A stretch of DNA of 64,000 nucleotides from Tubiluchus corallicola (lineage: Eukaryota; Animalia; Priapulida): the NCBI GenBank assembly GCA_030141605.1, contig JAQGDQ010000163.1, forward strand, positions 1 to 64,000, read 5' to 3'. The translations under genes and the position numbers were made by a program. The notes beneath the pieces are model-generated. The model was not told where the DNA came from and did not search any database. It was given only the letters and a program-made list of their open reading frames with translations. Below, piece by piece: positions 23,759 through 37,158 of this stretch (positions are counted from its first letter, which is position 1; every line of letters begins with the position of its first letter).

Positions 23759-25385
23759 TTTTATTGGAATTGACCACAACCAAAAGATTCTGGTACAAAA
23801 CTTGTGTAAAGGGAAATTTAAATGACTCTCTGTGTTCTGATACCTACAGAAGAACTAACTTGTTAAATTTACACACTTTGTTCTTTGCTATATTACTTCT
23901 CCTTTAAGATATTCAGAACAGACAAAACAGACTTAATTACATCCAAAATTATTCAGATAAAGAGCTTGTTCTTAATACCATGACATCAGTACATCAGTAC
24001 ATCGGCTGAAAGTGCTCATTTGCTATAACAGCAGACACGGATACTTTAACAAAAATGCTTTTTATGAATTAGATGTTAACGTGTAATTATAGCTTTGAAA
24101 AGCATTATGTTGAAACATAGTTGACTTGTCCTTGAAATATCGAAGCATTAAGATCGTAAGCTGTTAACCAGTAAAAACTTACACAGCATTAGATGTGCTG
24201 ACATATCGCTAGATTGTCTGAATTCTACTGCTACTACCCGACAAAATTTTTACTTTCATTGCACAAAAGTGCAAAAATAAAGCTGAGCAAAAATAAAATG
24301 GAAATAAATTTTCAGTAGAACTTCAAATAGAACCTGTGAAAAAAACAACTGTTTTTTATAGTTTGGCTTCTCGCAGGCTTACTTAAAAGGGAAGAAAATG
24401 GAATTTTAAGGTATATCCCAAAGAACTTATCATACAAATTTATATTATTTAGCATTACGCTTACTTGTTTGAAAGACTTATGTGTAACTGAAAAAGAAAA
24501 TTCTTAATAATTTAAAATGTCCAATTGTCCATGCCATCTGGTAAAAGGACACGGCATTGCCATCCCAGTGTGCACCAGTGACTCACCAAAAAAACCCATA
24601 TTGATTTTATTGACAATATAAGGTATTTTTAAATTTTTCCTTAGTTAGTGAAGAGTGTGCCATGAATGCTTTGATTATATTTCAAACTTAACAAAATGTT
24701 ATCTAAACTTGTTTCACACGACTTATTAAGCGGTCGTCGCAGGAGTTCAAAATTACAAGTTTTATACAGTGTTATTGCTAACACAAACCCACTTTGCAGC
24801 AAGTGACATAAAATTTCAAGACAATTTTTTAAACTTTATTTAAGAAAGAAGTATTTTGTGGGGCATTAACATAGATGGTTGTGGCAGGTGCAGTCCACTA
24901 GTCTCAAATGGAACCTGCATCAGCAAGGCAAATAGCCAATGGTAGTACTAGAAACCAAACACCCCAACGACAGTTTGTCAGGCATTACCAGTTACCAATT
25001 AACTTATTAACCAGACTTCACACTGTTTAATTTCAGTCACTAGGCACATATTGTCACCACTCAGCTAAATTGCCTCGCCCTAACCAAGACAAAAGAATGA
25101 AGGATACGTATTAATTAAATCCTTGTTTTGCCACAACTAATAAACATTAGTGGAAGACCTTGGCAAGTTAACATTGAGTGCTGAGATGCACACAAAAAAG
25201 GAGAGAAGTCTGTATTCTCTGACAGACAATCTTGCGACTGCTCAACACTTATCCCAATAAAGATCTATCCCAACACAAAGGCAATAAAATAAACAAAAAG
25301 CCATGCAAGTGCAGTGCAAAGCAGTGCAACAGTGCAGTGCAATGCCATGCGAGCACCAGTGATTACCGTGACGACAGAGAGGCTG

Positions 25386-25556
25386 TTATTTAGCCAAACC
25401 TGTGGGCGGTTTCCCGGCTAACTTGCTAACTTCTGCAGCGGCTTTCTTCTTCCTCTGCTCCCGTTTCCGTATGAGCGGGTTGTTGGATTTCTTGATGTCT
25501 TTTAGCGGGATGGTGGGATCGACACGCATTGTGTTCAGCGCGTTAGTCAACTCATC
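25386..25556 (-). CDS. MAPKAPK2: MAPKAPK2/3 exon 10 (NES, NLS/p38-docking region); splices at 25400 or reads through to the stop at 25386-25388
   Basis: DELTNALNTMRVDPTIPLKDIKKSNNPLIRKREQRKKKAAAEVSKLAGKPPT(GLAK*), resembling the MK2 C-terminal EMTSALATMRV...NPLLLKRRKK. Confidence 0.9.
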   Translation of the reverse strand, partial: DELTNALNTMRVDPTIPLKDIKKSNNPLIRKREQRKKKAAAEVSKLAGKPPTGLAK

Positions 25557-26039
25557 CTGAAAATTATGGAAGAAACTAGGAAAATGTAGAACTACAACTG
25601 CTTATAGTACAGAAGCAAGTTTAAGTGCACCATTCAGTTGTTAGAACTTCTGCCCAACAGATGGCACCAGAAGATTGTACAATAAATTTGGCAGTATACT
25701 CATTTTGGCACTATGTGTAAGTCGGAGACATAGATTAAAATACTGTTTACATTCCAACAAGTCCATGGAGGTTTGTCCAGCATGACTGCATGCCACGTCT
25801 GATGATACAAGTAGCTTTCATGCTGTACAAATTTACAAAAATTCCCTTCACATGGTGGAATAAGACATGAAGATTTTTTACACTGTTTAATAATTTCAAA
25901 CAACTTATCAGTCAATTCCTGCAACCAGGCACATTTTGGCCTCCGGGCACTAGACAGCAAAACGTTTGCTTTTGCATCATGGGTAAAAAAAATTTCATTT
26001 TTGCAGAACTCAAAATTATCTAAAATTTAAAATACTAAC

Positions 26040-26120
26040 TTGTATCTCTCCCCACTGTTCCGACTCTTCTTTTAAAACTTGCGCAGCTACCAGTGGTGTG
26101 GCTGGCACCATTGTGTGCTC
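26040..26120 (-). CDS. MAPKAPK2: MAPKAPK2/3 exon 9 (81 nt)
   Basis: EHTMVPATPLVAAQVLKEESEQWGEIQ, containing the T334-equivalent VPxTPL; AG/GT boundaries. Confidence 0.92.
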
Positions 26121-26761
26121 CTAAAAACAGAAATTTGTGAAAACATTTAAAACATTCAGTAAAGTACAAAGTCATGCATCTGCAATTCAACGGATCTAAT
26201 GGTCTAACATTTTAGAAAAAATTCACGATTAGACTAGCACTGATTACAATTGTGCCAATAATATATTATATGTCTTTATATTTTATCGCGGGAATTACTT
26301 CATACATATTTGCATAGTTTGCACAAGCATACACACTAATACACATTACATTGTTTAACTGATATAGGTCCTAAATGGTACCTGCAACACTAACTCACTA
26401 GTTTTGATTAGAAATGTCTTAACGCGTAAATCAATACAATTTGTACAGCAAATTAGAAATACCGGTGGTACTCAATACACTCATAATTTACACTTGATGT
26501 ACAAAAATTTTGTAGTAGCTGCTGTAAAAACTAGCAAATCTCCACAGTCCACACACATCCTGGTCATTGTGTTCCCTGTGTCAAATGGGGCCAAAGTATT
26601 TATCTAACAGAACGTTAATAGTTAAATAATTAAAGCATTTTCAATATTTTATATTTATTAGTCTGAATAATTTTTGTTATTCTTATTCATAATTCATTTG
26701 ACAAAACCAGCTAATACATTACTATACGTAAATGGTTTAATCAGAGTTCCATTGCACTTAC

Positions 26762-26847
26762 TGCTATCCATTTATTGTGCATCACTTCTGTGATCGTAAG
26801 TCGCTGTGACGTGTCAGTCTTCAGGAGCCCCTTTATCAAATCTTTAG
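26762..26847 (-). CDS. MAPKAPK2: MAPKAPK2/3 exon 8 (86 nt)
   Basis: AKDLIKGLLKTDTSQRLTITEVMHNKWIA; cag| ... |gtaagt. Confidence 0.93.
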
Positions 26848-28353
26848 CTGCAGTCAAATAACACTATTGTTAAAGTAATTATAATTATATATATAGTTAT
26901 TGTATTATTTAACTGATCACTGAAACCAGTTAGAAAGAATCGATAAAATGATAAACGAGGACAATGATTAGTGATTCAGTATTTTTTTACACTAGTGCTT
27001 TTTGGAGCAACAGGACCAGCCAAGGACACGGTATGGGCTTAGGAACCAAATTTCGCGGAAATTCAGTAAAGGCAGCCTGGTCACTAAATGGAGAGGCAGT
27101 CTGTACAACTGTTTCTGGGAGGTTTCATCAGCCACACTACTTCCAGGCTATCTACCTCATCACGGGAAGATGTCTAAGAACCCAGGCAAGACACATCTGT
27201 CTCTAAGATGAGACTGTTGAAACAACTTCAGTACTTTATTTTAGTGCATTATCCATGATCATGAGGTAGGCTCCATTCCAGCTGCAACAATCCACACTGA
27301 GCAGGCTCTGTCATTGAGTGCAGGAATTTACCCACCACCTTTATCGTTCAGTGTTTTATCTTAGCAGATTTTCTTTAGCAGGTGGCTACATTCCAGACAT
27401 TCCTAATAAGCCTTGCATTCTGTGTTGTTTTGAGTGCTGCAGTCTGGTTTGAAGTTACAGTAATTACACGTGCCACATACTTAATCTAGTAAGCAATCAT
27501 TACATAAAAATAAAAGCAACAGCAGACCAAATCATTCTGAAAGTTTTCGAAGCATCGCACCTATCTGCAAGAAGAGGTAATTGGGCAGATAAACTCCTCC
27601 GTCGCGTATCATCGCGAATAACGAAACGTCTGCAGGTTTTGCTTCTCCAGTATGTCATGAATAACACAAGAGCTGTTACGCGTTTTACGACAGACAGAGT
27701 CACTTACATTTGCCTTATTAAATTTGACCATTTTGTTGAAAAGTTTTATGCGTTTTCGCTGTAACACGAGTGCTGCACTAGAGAATAATGTTCGTAATCG
27801 AGTAAGTAGTAGACCATCACAAAACACTAGTTAAAGTCAAATTTAACAAGCAGAGTGGTTACTATCACTTTAAGTTACTCAAGTAAAGACCACAAGGCCT
27901 CATCACCCATGAATGATTTTCATTTGCTAAAAATAAAACACACCACAAATATAAATTTTTACAAATACTTCAGAAACCTCGACTGCAGCAAAAGTAACTG
28001 TGCAAAATGTCACTGGTCAAGAAACCGTATTCAGAGTTCTTCTAGAATTTCTTGTGTTTCGCCCCAAATTAGTGCCTGCAACTTCCCTATTTCACTTTCA
28101 AGTCCGGTCTGAGCTGAATTATTGCATACAATAGCAAACAGAACAGTTAGAAAAGGGAAATCATATTTTTGAATAGCCTTTTCAAGCTTTGAAAATCAGC
28201 AAATATTTAAAGCATTTTAATTTTAGGCAAATGAAAAATCCCCAAACACAAAAAATAGGAATAATCTAGGATTTATTGAGAGTCCGTGACACTGAGTGAC
28301 TTAGCTATAGAATGTCTTGACAGTAGTTCAAAAAATCTTCATTAAGTACCAAC

Positions 28354-28478
28354 CTTGCTTAGAAACATGTTTCCACTCCGGATCGGGAAACTCGTACTGT
28401 CCGGTGCGTATTCTTTTCTTCATGCCCGGTGATATGGCAGCACCGTGCGCACTATAGAATGGAGGGTAACCGCACAGG
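28354..28478 (-). CDS. MAPKAPK2: MAPKAPK2/3 exon 7 (125 nt)
   Basis: LCGYPPFYSAHGAAISPGMKKRIRTGQYEFPDPEWKHVSKQ, with the S272-equivalent ISPG. Confidence 0.95.
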
Positions 28479-30679
28479 CTGAAAAAATTAATAATGGTGA
28501 TAACATTAACAAATAACAACAAACACTACAATAACCACAGAGTAACAAATCTGATTGTTTTACACATAATTACAATGTATTACATAGAAATCAAAGACAA
28601 CCTGCAAATAGAATTTTTGCTTTAGCACTGGCCAATTCAAGGAACTTTCTGATAAAAAAGAAGAAAGTATGGCTACGGTTTTGTTAATTGACGTTGTTAT
28701 AAATGAAATTTATCCAGAAAAATTTTAGTACCAAGCCGTTCATGACTTTGTTTTCTTTTATTCTCTGTGTGTAACTTTTTATTCACATTTCTCTTCTGAT
28801 CTGTTTCATAGTCAAGATGTTTATAATTCAAATGACTAGCGTAAATCTTCAGTCACCTTACTGATCTTGAAATACACTCAGAAGGTGATCACAGAGAGTT
28901 TTTAGCAAAATTCTTTTCACCTATTTTTAGCTCGGCTTATTAATATTTATCAAATTTTCACTCCCACATCATTCTTAGCTCGTAATTCCTGTTCTAGTTA
29001 TTTTCTCTTTATTACTTCGCAAAACTGAGCGAATGATCAATAACAACCTTCACACAGTAAAATGCACTGAATTTACAAAACATGGTCAAATGAAACCTAT
29101 CTCTCAAAATGCTCCATAAATTTAATTTCCTCCTGCCGCCAGCTGAATCAAAGCCTGCAACCTAAATCTTATGTCAAAGAAAATCATTAAATCTTCGACA
29201 AGGTCTAACGAGGCGGTTTTGTATTGTTACACGTGGGCACTCGAGAGAGTAACACACAAGTAATCAGCAGATAGAATTGATTTAAAATGTTAAGTGTCAC
29301 CAACACCTGGGGGAATAACGCTAAGGTAATGGAGAGAAGTCATTTACTGTCAATCTGAAATGCGATATCTATGTAACATTGTCATCATGTTTAAGAGCAT
29401 TCGTGGACAAACAAGAGCGACATACATTGTCTTCATTCAAAAATATTGTAAACACTGATGTACGTTCAATATTTGTGCATCATCTTCTTCTGTAAAGCTT
29501 TCAGAAGTAATTATGAGCAGAAAACACTGCAGTGTAACATGCATTGCGAAGTGCAGACACGGCAAAAATGGTAAACAATGCACTTGCATTTAAGAAAATA
29601 TGTTTCAGCAAAACATCCCGTACCAGCAGTAACGTAAATAGGTGTATTTAGGAATAATGCTGCTTATTGAATTAGCTGTTGCTGTCACTATCAGTGTTGT
29701 TGTTAATGATCAAAATGTTGCTGCTAACACTGTTGTTTTTGCTAGTATTATTGTTGTTGCTGATGTTAGTTCGCTGTTCTTATGTTGATATTACAAGCAA
29801 ATGACTTAAGACAAAGATGTTGTTAGCTAATCTTTCACTAACATTATTCTTGCTGCACTACACACTGCCTACATTAAATTGATTTCTCTATGAATGTTGC
29901 ATACTAAAAACGTTTAATTTAATTTTATCGATGGCTGAACGTTGCTGCAAAATGTTTTGTGGTAATAACGTCCAGAAACAAATGACGATTACCACAACTT
30001 AATGAGAAATAGACGTTATAAAATTTGTATTCAACGTTCATTTACTTCAGTATTAAACACAAGCAAGTACTGAAATATTAGCAGTTAATTTATGAAAGTT
30101 AACAGAAGTTGGTGTACCAAGAAAAAGGAATTTTATCTGTTCGTTAATCTAAAACGTTTGTTGTTAATGATTTGTTAATATTTCATAAACGAAAGCCATT
30201 TCGAGATACATTAATTATGGATGATACTCATAATACAGGGAGTATCACACAAACAGAAGCCTAATAAAAAAACAGAATACACTAGATTTGCTAAAGATAA
30301 AAAACAGTGTGTAAGATAGAGAAAAATCATATGAAATATAATATAAACCTAAAACGGATAAGTAATACAGAAGCAAATGCGAAAATTATTACACCAAAAC
30401 CGATCTGTTGTCTCAATCTGAAAATACATGCAACACATTTTATGGTTTATTACCCTGCTGCACTTTCTTGGAAAAAAATCAATGCAATAAATTATCAAAT
30501 TACTTGCAGACGAAGCAATCAAAACCCTGGCAATCATCACACAGCACCTGCTCATACTGTTACTGCAAAGGAAAGATTACGAACGTTTGCTCTGAAAATG
30601 AACAGTTAGAGCCATGAGCTGAACTCTTTTCATTATCCTAGCAAGTTGTGCCTTTAACCATTTATGCTTGTCTAAACTA

Positions 30680-30895
<216 letters not shown>

Positions 30896-33787
30896 TCAAT
30901 ATCCACAGTGAATGTAATTAATATACTGCCATTTATGTCATATCATTATCGGTATGAATCAATCCGCTATTCAACGTTTGTATTAATACGAAGATAGAAC
31001 CAGTAGTTGACAGAAGCACTCGTTAGCTATCAAACTGTTTCTTAGTACAAAATAGAATGTTTTGGAAATTCTTTCAAACAGAATATATATGTCAGAATAT
31101 GCTCTGACTCACTGTTACACTCAACCAGTTTCTCAAAACCATTCTACCCAGCACCCGTCATTTTATTCCACAAGGAAGGTGGAGTGATGCCCCACTCTAC
31201 CCAACCAATCCCTCCCCAAGCCTGAATGCAGACAGAACACAAACAAGCTATCACATGAACAACACAACCTCTATGGTCTTATGAAATAATTATTTGGGGA
31301 GATGTTTTCAGTTAAAAATACAGCAAGTTGAGGCAAAATACGACTCAAGTACTTCTTTACTATGCAATTCAAAACATTTGTATTAGGCAATATGAAAAAC
31401 ATAATAGCATGCTTTCTTTTCTTTCTTTCCAGCTACAATTTCTTTCCAGAATTTCACTCTTTCTATAAATGCTTAACTGTTTAAAGTCGGTCATTGCGGA
31501 ATGAGATGTCACGTCTACTGAATTTTAGCAGAAGTTGAACAAATCGTCATATTTCTGTCATACGAATCCATCCATGCACAGTGGTTTCATTTTGATGAGT
31601 TTCCAGGAATTGTTCATGATAGCTGCACTACTTCAATTTGCATTAAGTCGGCATCAGAAAAGAAAATCCCCATAAAGTCCAGAGACTTAGTTTACATGTA
31701 AGTGCTCTCAACAGATTATAGAGATGGGCTTCCTGTGAGCCTAAGATTCTAACGATCTTACTTAACCCAATAAATGCTGAAATGGAGCATTTCTGATATA
31801 CAAAAGGAAACTAAATATTCAAAACTGTTGTAAAGTTTAGATAATAGATATGTTGTACATTTGTAAGACACAGAAATAATAGAACTGCTAACAAAGAGCA
31901 GTTAACATCTAATAAACAAAGCAAATAAGGGGATGTCCATTTGAGACAAGGATCACAGCTGGGTTAAGACAGCATTGTGCTACGGTTAGGGCATTGCCAT
32001 TACAGAGTTACATCATATTGGCATCACAATAATAGTTTGAGGAGTCTATCGTATGTCATAGTTTATTAGATTTTCCAGAGCGATTTTCAAGGTAACTAAC
32101 CAAAAGCCTAGTTTTAGAAGCTATTTGGTCAAGTTTATAAGCTCTGGATGAAGAAGGAGGCATCGAGGAGATCTGCTTTCTTCGGAGAGAGAAATTCCAG
32201 GGAAGCCTTTTCAGAGGATTACTAGAAATTTAATGAGCTCCTTTAGGTCCAGCAATTCCTTTTTAGGAGCATCGCATTAGTAAACTGACCTCGTTAGTTT
32301 GATTTCAAAACTTTCATCAAAAGTGCTTGACCACATCAGCAGATAGATGCAACTCTAATTTCTCACAGAAACGTTGCAGCTCGGTTACTGGTGATGAATG
32401 GGTTAAATTAAACAGTAGCATCACCTCACGCAAAGATAATTGCAGTGCATAAAGTGCTAAGAAACACTCCATTATTCATCACTCAAAGTCGTAATGATGA
32501 AAAGCTTAGTGAACTGATGCAAGGAAGGCACTTATACTAAAGAAATAAGTTACGAGTGTAAAATCGACCCTAATTCACCTTGCGAGAGCAACTTTAAATA
32601 GAAAACTACAAATAACATGGCAACAAAAATAACATAACAACAATAATGATAACTTTGTATAAGTACAAATGTGAGTACAGGAAAGGAATAAGTGGGTCAG
32701 ATACAGCTTGCATCCTGGGAAAAGTTTAATATAACAAGTGAAACAGTATAAGCTGTAAGGATAAGGAACAAAGAATTAAGTAAAAGCAGCATTATTAAGT
32801 TTACCTACATTTTATTCATGCAGTACAAAACAGCACACAGGGAGACATTGCTTCATGGCACTCCTACTTTTCTCAATTTTCTGACTCGATATGAATAAAT
32901 TTTATTCTATGCTATGAAATTGATTTTGTCGTTAAGAAATTCTTTGTTTTTCACTAGGTGCGAGAAAAATGGATCAGCATCCTTATAATTCTATATACAT
33001 AATTTTTATATCTCTCTAAATGCTGTACTGCTTTTTGAATTCACCTAACTGTCTGAGTGATTACATTTTCACACAACAATTTTCATTCACATCAAGTATT
33101 ACTTTCGGGAAAATGTATTAAATGCAACTAACTATTGACCAGCAAACTGATAAAAATGAATTATTTTACTAAAATTATAATAACTTTTGTTATATTACCA
33201 TGAAATCAATTGATAACCTTTATAAAAACTGGCAACATAAGACAAAATTTTCATTCACACTTTAAAGGGGCAGGATGGCTACATATTATAAGATAGCACT
33301 AGTTCCGAAAGTGTACACTTTGCAATAATACACGTTTGATTGTTGTCGTTATTTTTTTCAACTTTTTTGCCACTTTACTGCCCTGTTTCCTGACTGCACA
33401 GCAAGCATACAAATTAAGTTAATTAAGGTCTCATGGCAGGGCTATAAAAGACAGCAGCTCAGGTAACATGTTATGAATATCAATTAATGCAGTGCCACGT
33501 CCCACAATGCGGACATACAATCATTAGTTATGATGCAATAAATGTCGTTGGTTCAGCACGCAAGATGGTCGTTAAGCTGGTTGGTTACAATTACAGCAGG
33601 AACATCAAAGTGACTTGTGAAGATTGGTGATTAAAACACTGCACTCTTCACTTCTTTCAGCTAAAATTATTAACAATCCTCTAGCATTATCATTCTTTCG
33701 AAAAGCAGTGACAATTTGTGCAGAAAAGGCAGTAAACTAGTTAGGTCAACACCATACACAAGAAATACAGAACTAGAAAAGAAAATT

Positions 33788-33910
33788 GGCTAAAGTTTAC
33801 AATTCTCCGCACACAAGAAATTAGTTTCTGAAAACAATTAGGCATAGGGTTGGGTTAGGGTTAGGGTTAGTGTCAGCGTATTTAAATTGTGTCAGGAATT
33901 GTAAACTCTT
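33788..33910. mobile_element. Short inverted-repeat element with internal (TTAGGG)n-like tract, copy 2
   Basis: ggctaaagtttacaattctccgcacacaagaaattagtt is near-identical to the reverse complement of 12529-12567; internal tagggttgggttagggttagggttag; closes with ggaattgtaaact. Confidence 0.65.
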
Positions 33911-34595
33911 TCCAGAAAATTTCATGACAAAGTTCATAAATAATTAAATGCACAAAAATCACAGGAATTATAAATATGACACAGGAAACATTAAGTTTAA
34001 TGGTTTTTGTCACCTGTACTGATGTGCATGTAATAAAGAGGCAGAGGAAAGTCATCTAAAGTGGTTGAATTAAATCCCAAAACTTTCACTAAATGGCATT
34101 CTTGAATGCTTCCACAAATCACCTATCAAATACTTATTTAAAAAGTCTATCAGTCAGTTCTGCAAACCTTTTCACTCTGCAATCTGCACTAAAATCACTG
34201 ACGCCATTGTAAAGTAATAAAGTACGTGCAAGCTAAAAGCAACTAATGTAGCCAACAAGATATTCTGCCAAACAAAAGAAGATGTCATCAGGTGTTCCAG
34301 GAGAAAACACAACACTATCCTAGTCTATCACAGCTCATAACACTACTGTTCAAATATGGAAAAATCCCCTAGAGTGCTGTAAAGCATCGGGATATCAACA
34401 ATACCATACATTGCTAAAAGATTCTCATGGGTAAAGTGTAAGGATCATTGCAATTCCACCAGAAGTTCATTTTGTTGCATTCATACTACACTGTAATCAA
34501 GCGTTATTGAAAAAAAAACGTTGTACTAAGAAGCAGTTATTTGCTAATCAGCATGTAGGCCCCAACAAGTCTTCTTTGAAAAAATAACACTGTTA

Positions 34596-34757
<162 letters not shown>

Positions 34758-35265
34758 CTAGAAAATTAACAAAACAATTAGATCTCATTATTCAGTTATG
34801 ACAAGTGAACAACTAATATTAAACACTAATTTTCTTTATGATACTGAGTACTGTTTATGACAGGTCACCGATCAATACCAAATAATGATTCTCTTTACTA
34901 TACCTTATAAGTTTATAATACATGGTGCAGCTTATAAGGCTTCCACATCGGGGTCAATCAATGGTGTCATTTGCACGATTAGTCAATAACTTATATCAGA
35001 GAGTTTATCTGAGTCATTGATGCCATCTAATAGAAGCTTTGAATGTCATGAACAGAATTTGATGCAAAGACAAAAATAATAAGAGGAAAGTAAGTAATAG
35101 TGAAGGTGTAATAGTAATAATAGGACTTTGACTGGTACCAAAAACTACTTTTTTACCAAGTGACATTGCATTAAGATGGTGTACTACTTGTTGGTGTCTA
35201 AACATCACACGTAGACCAAACGCCAGCTCTAGAGACACTAACTTGGACTGACATTATTCTAGATT

Positions 35266-35465
35266 TGGCAGCCGAGTGGTTGAGATTTTGGACTGCAATC
35301 AAGCAGTCTTGAGTTTGAATCTAGCGGCTGCCAATGCCAGGGCATAATAACCTACATGTTATTCATTATTTGTGTTGCGTCCTCACCTGTGTTGTTGTAA
35401 GTGTTAGTCACTGAATAGCCATTAGTACCGGTTTTGTCTGTTAAATGAGTGACAGTAAATAAATC
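35266..35465 (+). mobile_element. Degraded tRNA-derived SINE
   Basis: A-box-like GCAGCCGAGTGG and B-box-like GAGTTTGAATC at tRNA-like spacing, ending gcggctgcca; no good cloverleaf. The 3' end is approximate. Confidence 0.45.
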
Positions 35466-37078
35466 TTGTCTTAGCCATTTTTTTACCTTTTGACAAAACT
35501 TAATAAACCCCTAAACAAAAGGATTGGACGATTAATGTAATAAATAAAGATATTGAAGCAGACAAAAAAGTCGGCCAAGCATGACCACGAACACTCAGCA
35601 CATCACCTCTCCTGAAATAAATCTGCTGTTTATGATCTGCTGTGAAGAACATTTAAGCACACTTTCATGTAACCTTTCCTAATCAGTTCACAAATTCTTC
35701 AAACTACCCAAGCAATTCTATCTCACTGCGAAATTTAACACCCGTCAAAAAACTTCCTTAACCCGGAGCTCATAAAGTAGGAGTGTAAAAATACGGTAAA
35801 ATCCCGCGAGTTTGGTAAATTTCTGCAACGTCTGTGCGTGAAGTGTTGAACCTGCAAGTGACATCAATAATTTAGCAGCGTCGATTGAACAACAGAGTCG
35901 TTAGAGCACTTAAAAGTTTTCTGGATTATCTTCCCTCAACAAAGCAGAAAGTGAGTGAAGTATAACACCACAATCAAGAACTGCTGCCACTCCCTTCTTC
36001 TCTAAATCACCATTTTCTGGGTCGTAAGAGCACAGGTATAATTTAACTAATCTTACCGTTATTCCCTTACACCTCTTGAATGTTATTTTATTACTTTCAG
36101 GTTACCACATTGATGAAGAAGCAGATAAATTGCACCGCTGTCAACAACGCACCAACACAATTTCAAAAACACTCTTGCAAAGCATAAGTTAACAGGTTTA
36201 AAAAGTAAAATCACTTTTATTAGTAAAAAAACCAACTTAGTAAGCAAAGATTGTGAAATAAAGTTTTTACTTTTTTCCAAAAAGGCAGTAAAAGGGCTTT
36301 AATAATGCGTAGCTACCCATTTAATTTGCACTTGTGACTTATCAAACCTATGAGCAACTAAGCTAACATCTCAGCACTTGTACTTTTTTATGCAGTACTG
36401 TACAATGCAAGTTGGAATACAGCATTCAATAGCAAAGACAATTAATATGAGTAGTTTTGGCTAGGCCAGACTGTCTCAGTTTATCAAGGCCATGCTTCTA
36501 AGATAGCATAAAATGGTGGCTCTAGGTATCTTAGCCCTGTTTGGTGTGAATGCATTCTCTCTCTCTATCAGGTAAACAGCCAGTATCGGTATGGCGAGTG
36601 AAATTGTTCCGTGTAGGTATCAAAATTGGCAGTCACATGTCCGTTCATAGACCAGGTTCAGCAATGCTTAACCTCTGTCGCCCCAGCACACACCGTGACC
36701 ACTCGACGTTTCGCCTCAAAAGCATTGCAATCACTGTCCGAGTTATGCAAAAAGTTGAAAAAACTAAAAATTTAGCTGAGTCTACATGCGCATTTAACAT
36801 AACAAACGCTTGCTATGAAACCCACCTCAGTAAATATTTACAAAGCAAACAAAAGCTTCCTGGGTCCTGGGGAGGTAAAATCATTCATTAATTATTGAAA
36901 TGGATAGGAAAACAATTGCCAACTACCAGCATATGACTGTCAGTGTCAATCAAGAAACATCAGCGCTGTTTTATTTCAACAATATACATGTCAGAGAAAT
37001 TCGTAATAACCTTTGGCTTGCCATCTATTGGTAAATTAGTGCACTAATAAGAGAGAGAAGCTTTCACAGTCGTCATAC

Positions 37079-37158
37079 CTTCAAATCTCGATGTGCGATA
37101 TTCATATTGTGAAGGAAGTATATGGCTTCCGCTATTTGTCTCACAATTGCGGCTGCCT
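37079..37158 (-). CDS. MAPKAPK2: MAPKAPK2/3 exon 4 (80 nt)
   Basis: EAAAIVRQIAEAIYFLHNMNIAHRDLK (catalytic HRD). Confidence 0.95.

Noticed and set aside
33845-33870. Telomere or chromosome-fusion scar
   Set aside because: Only about four degenerate units, embedded in a dispersed inverted-repeat element.
35266-35335. tRNA gene
   Set aside because: The B box is degenerate and the stems pair poorly; better explained as a SINE head.
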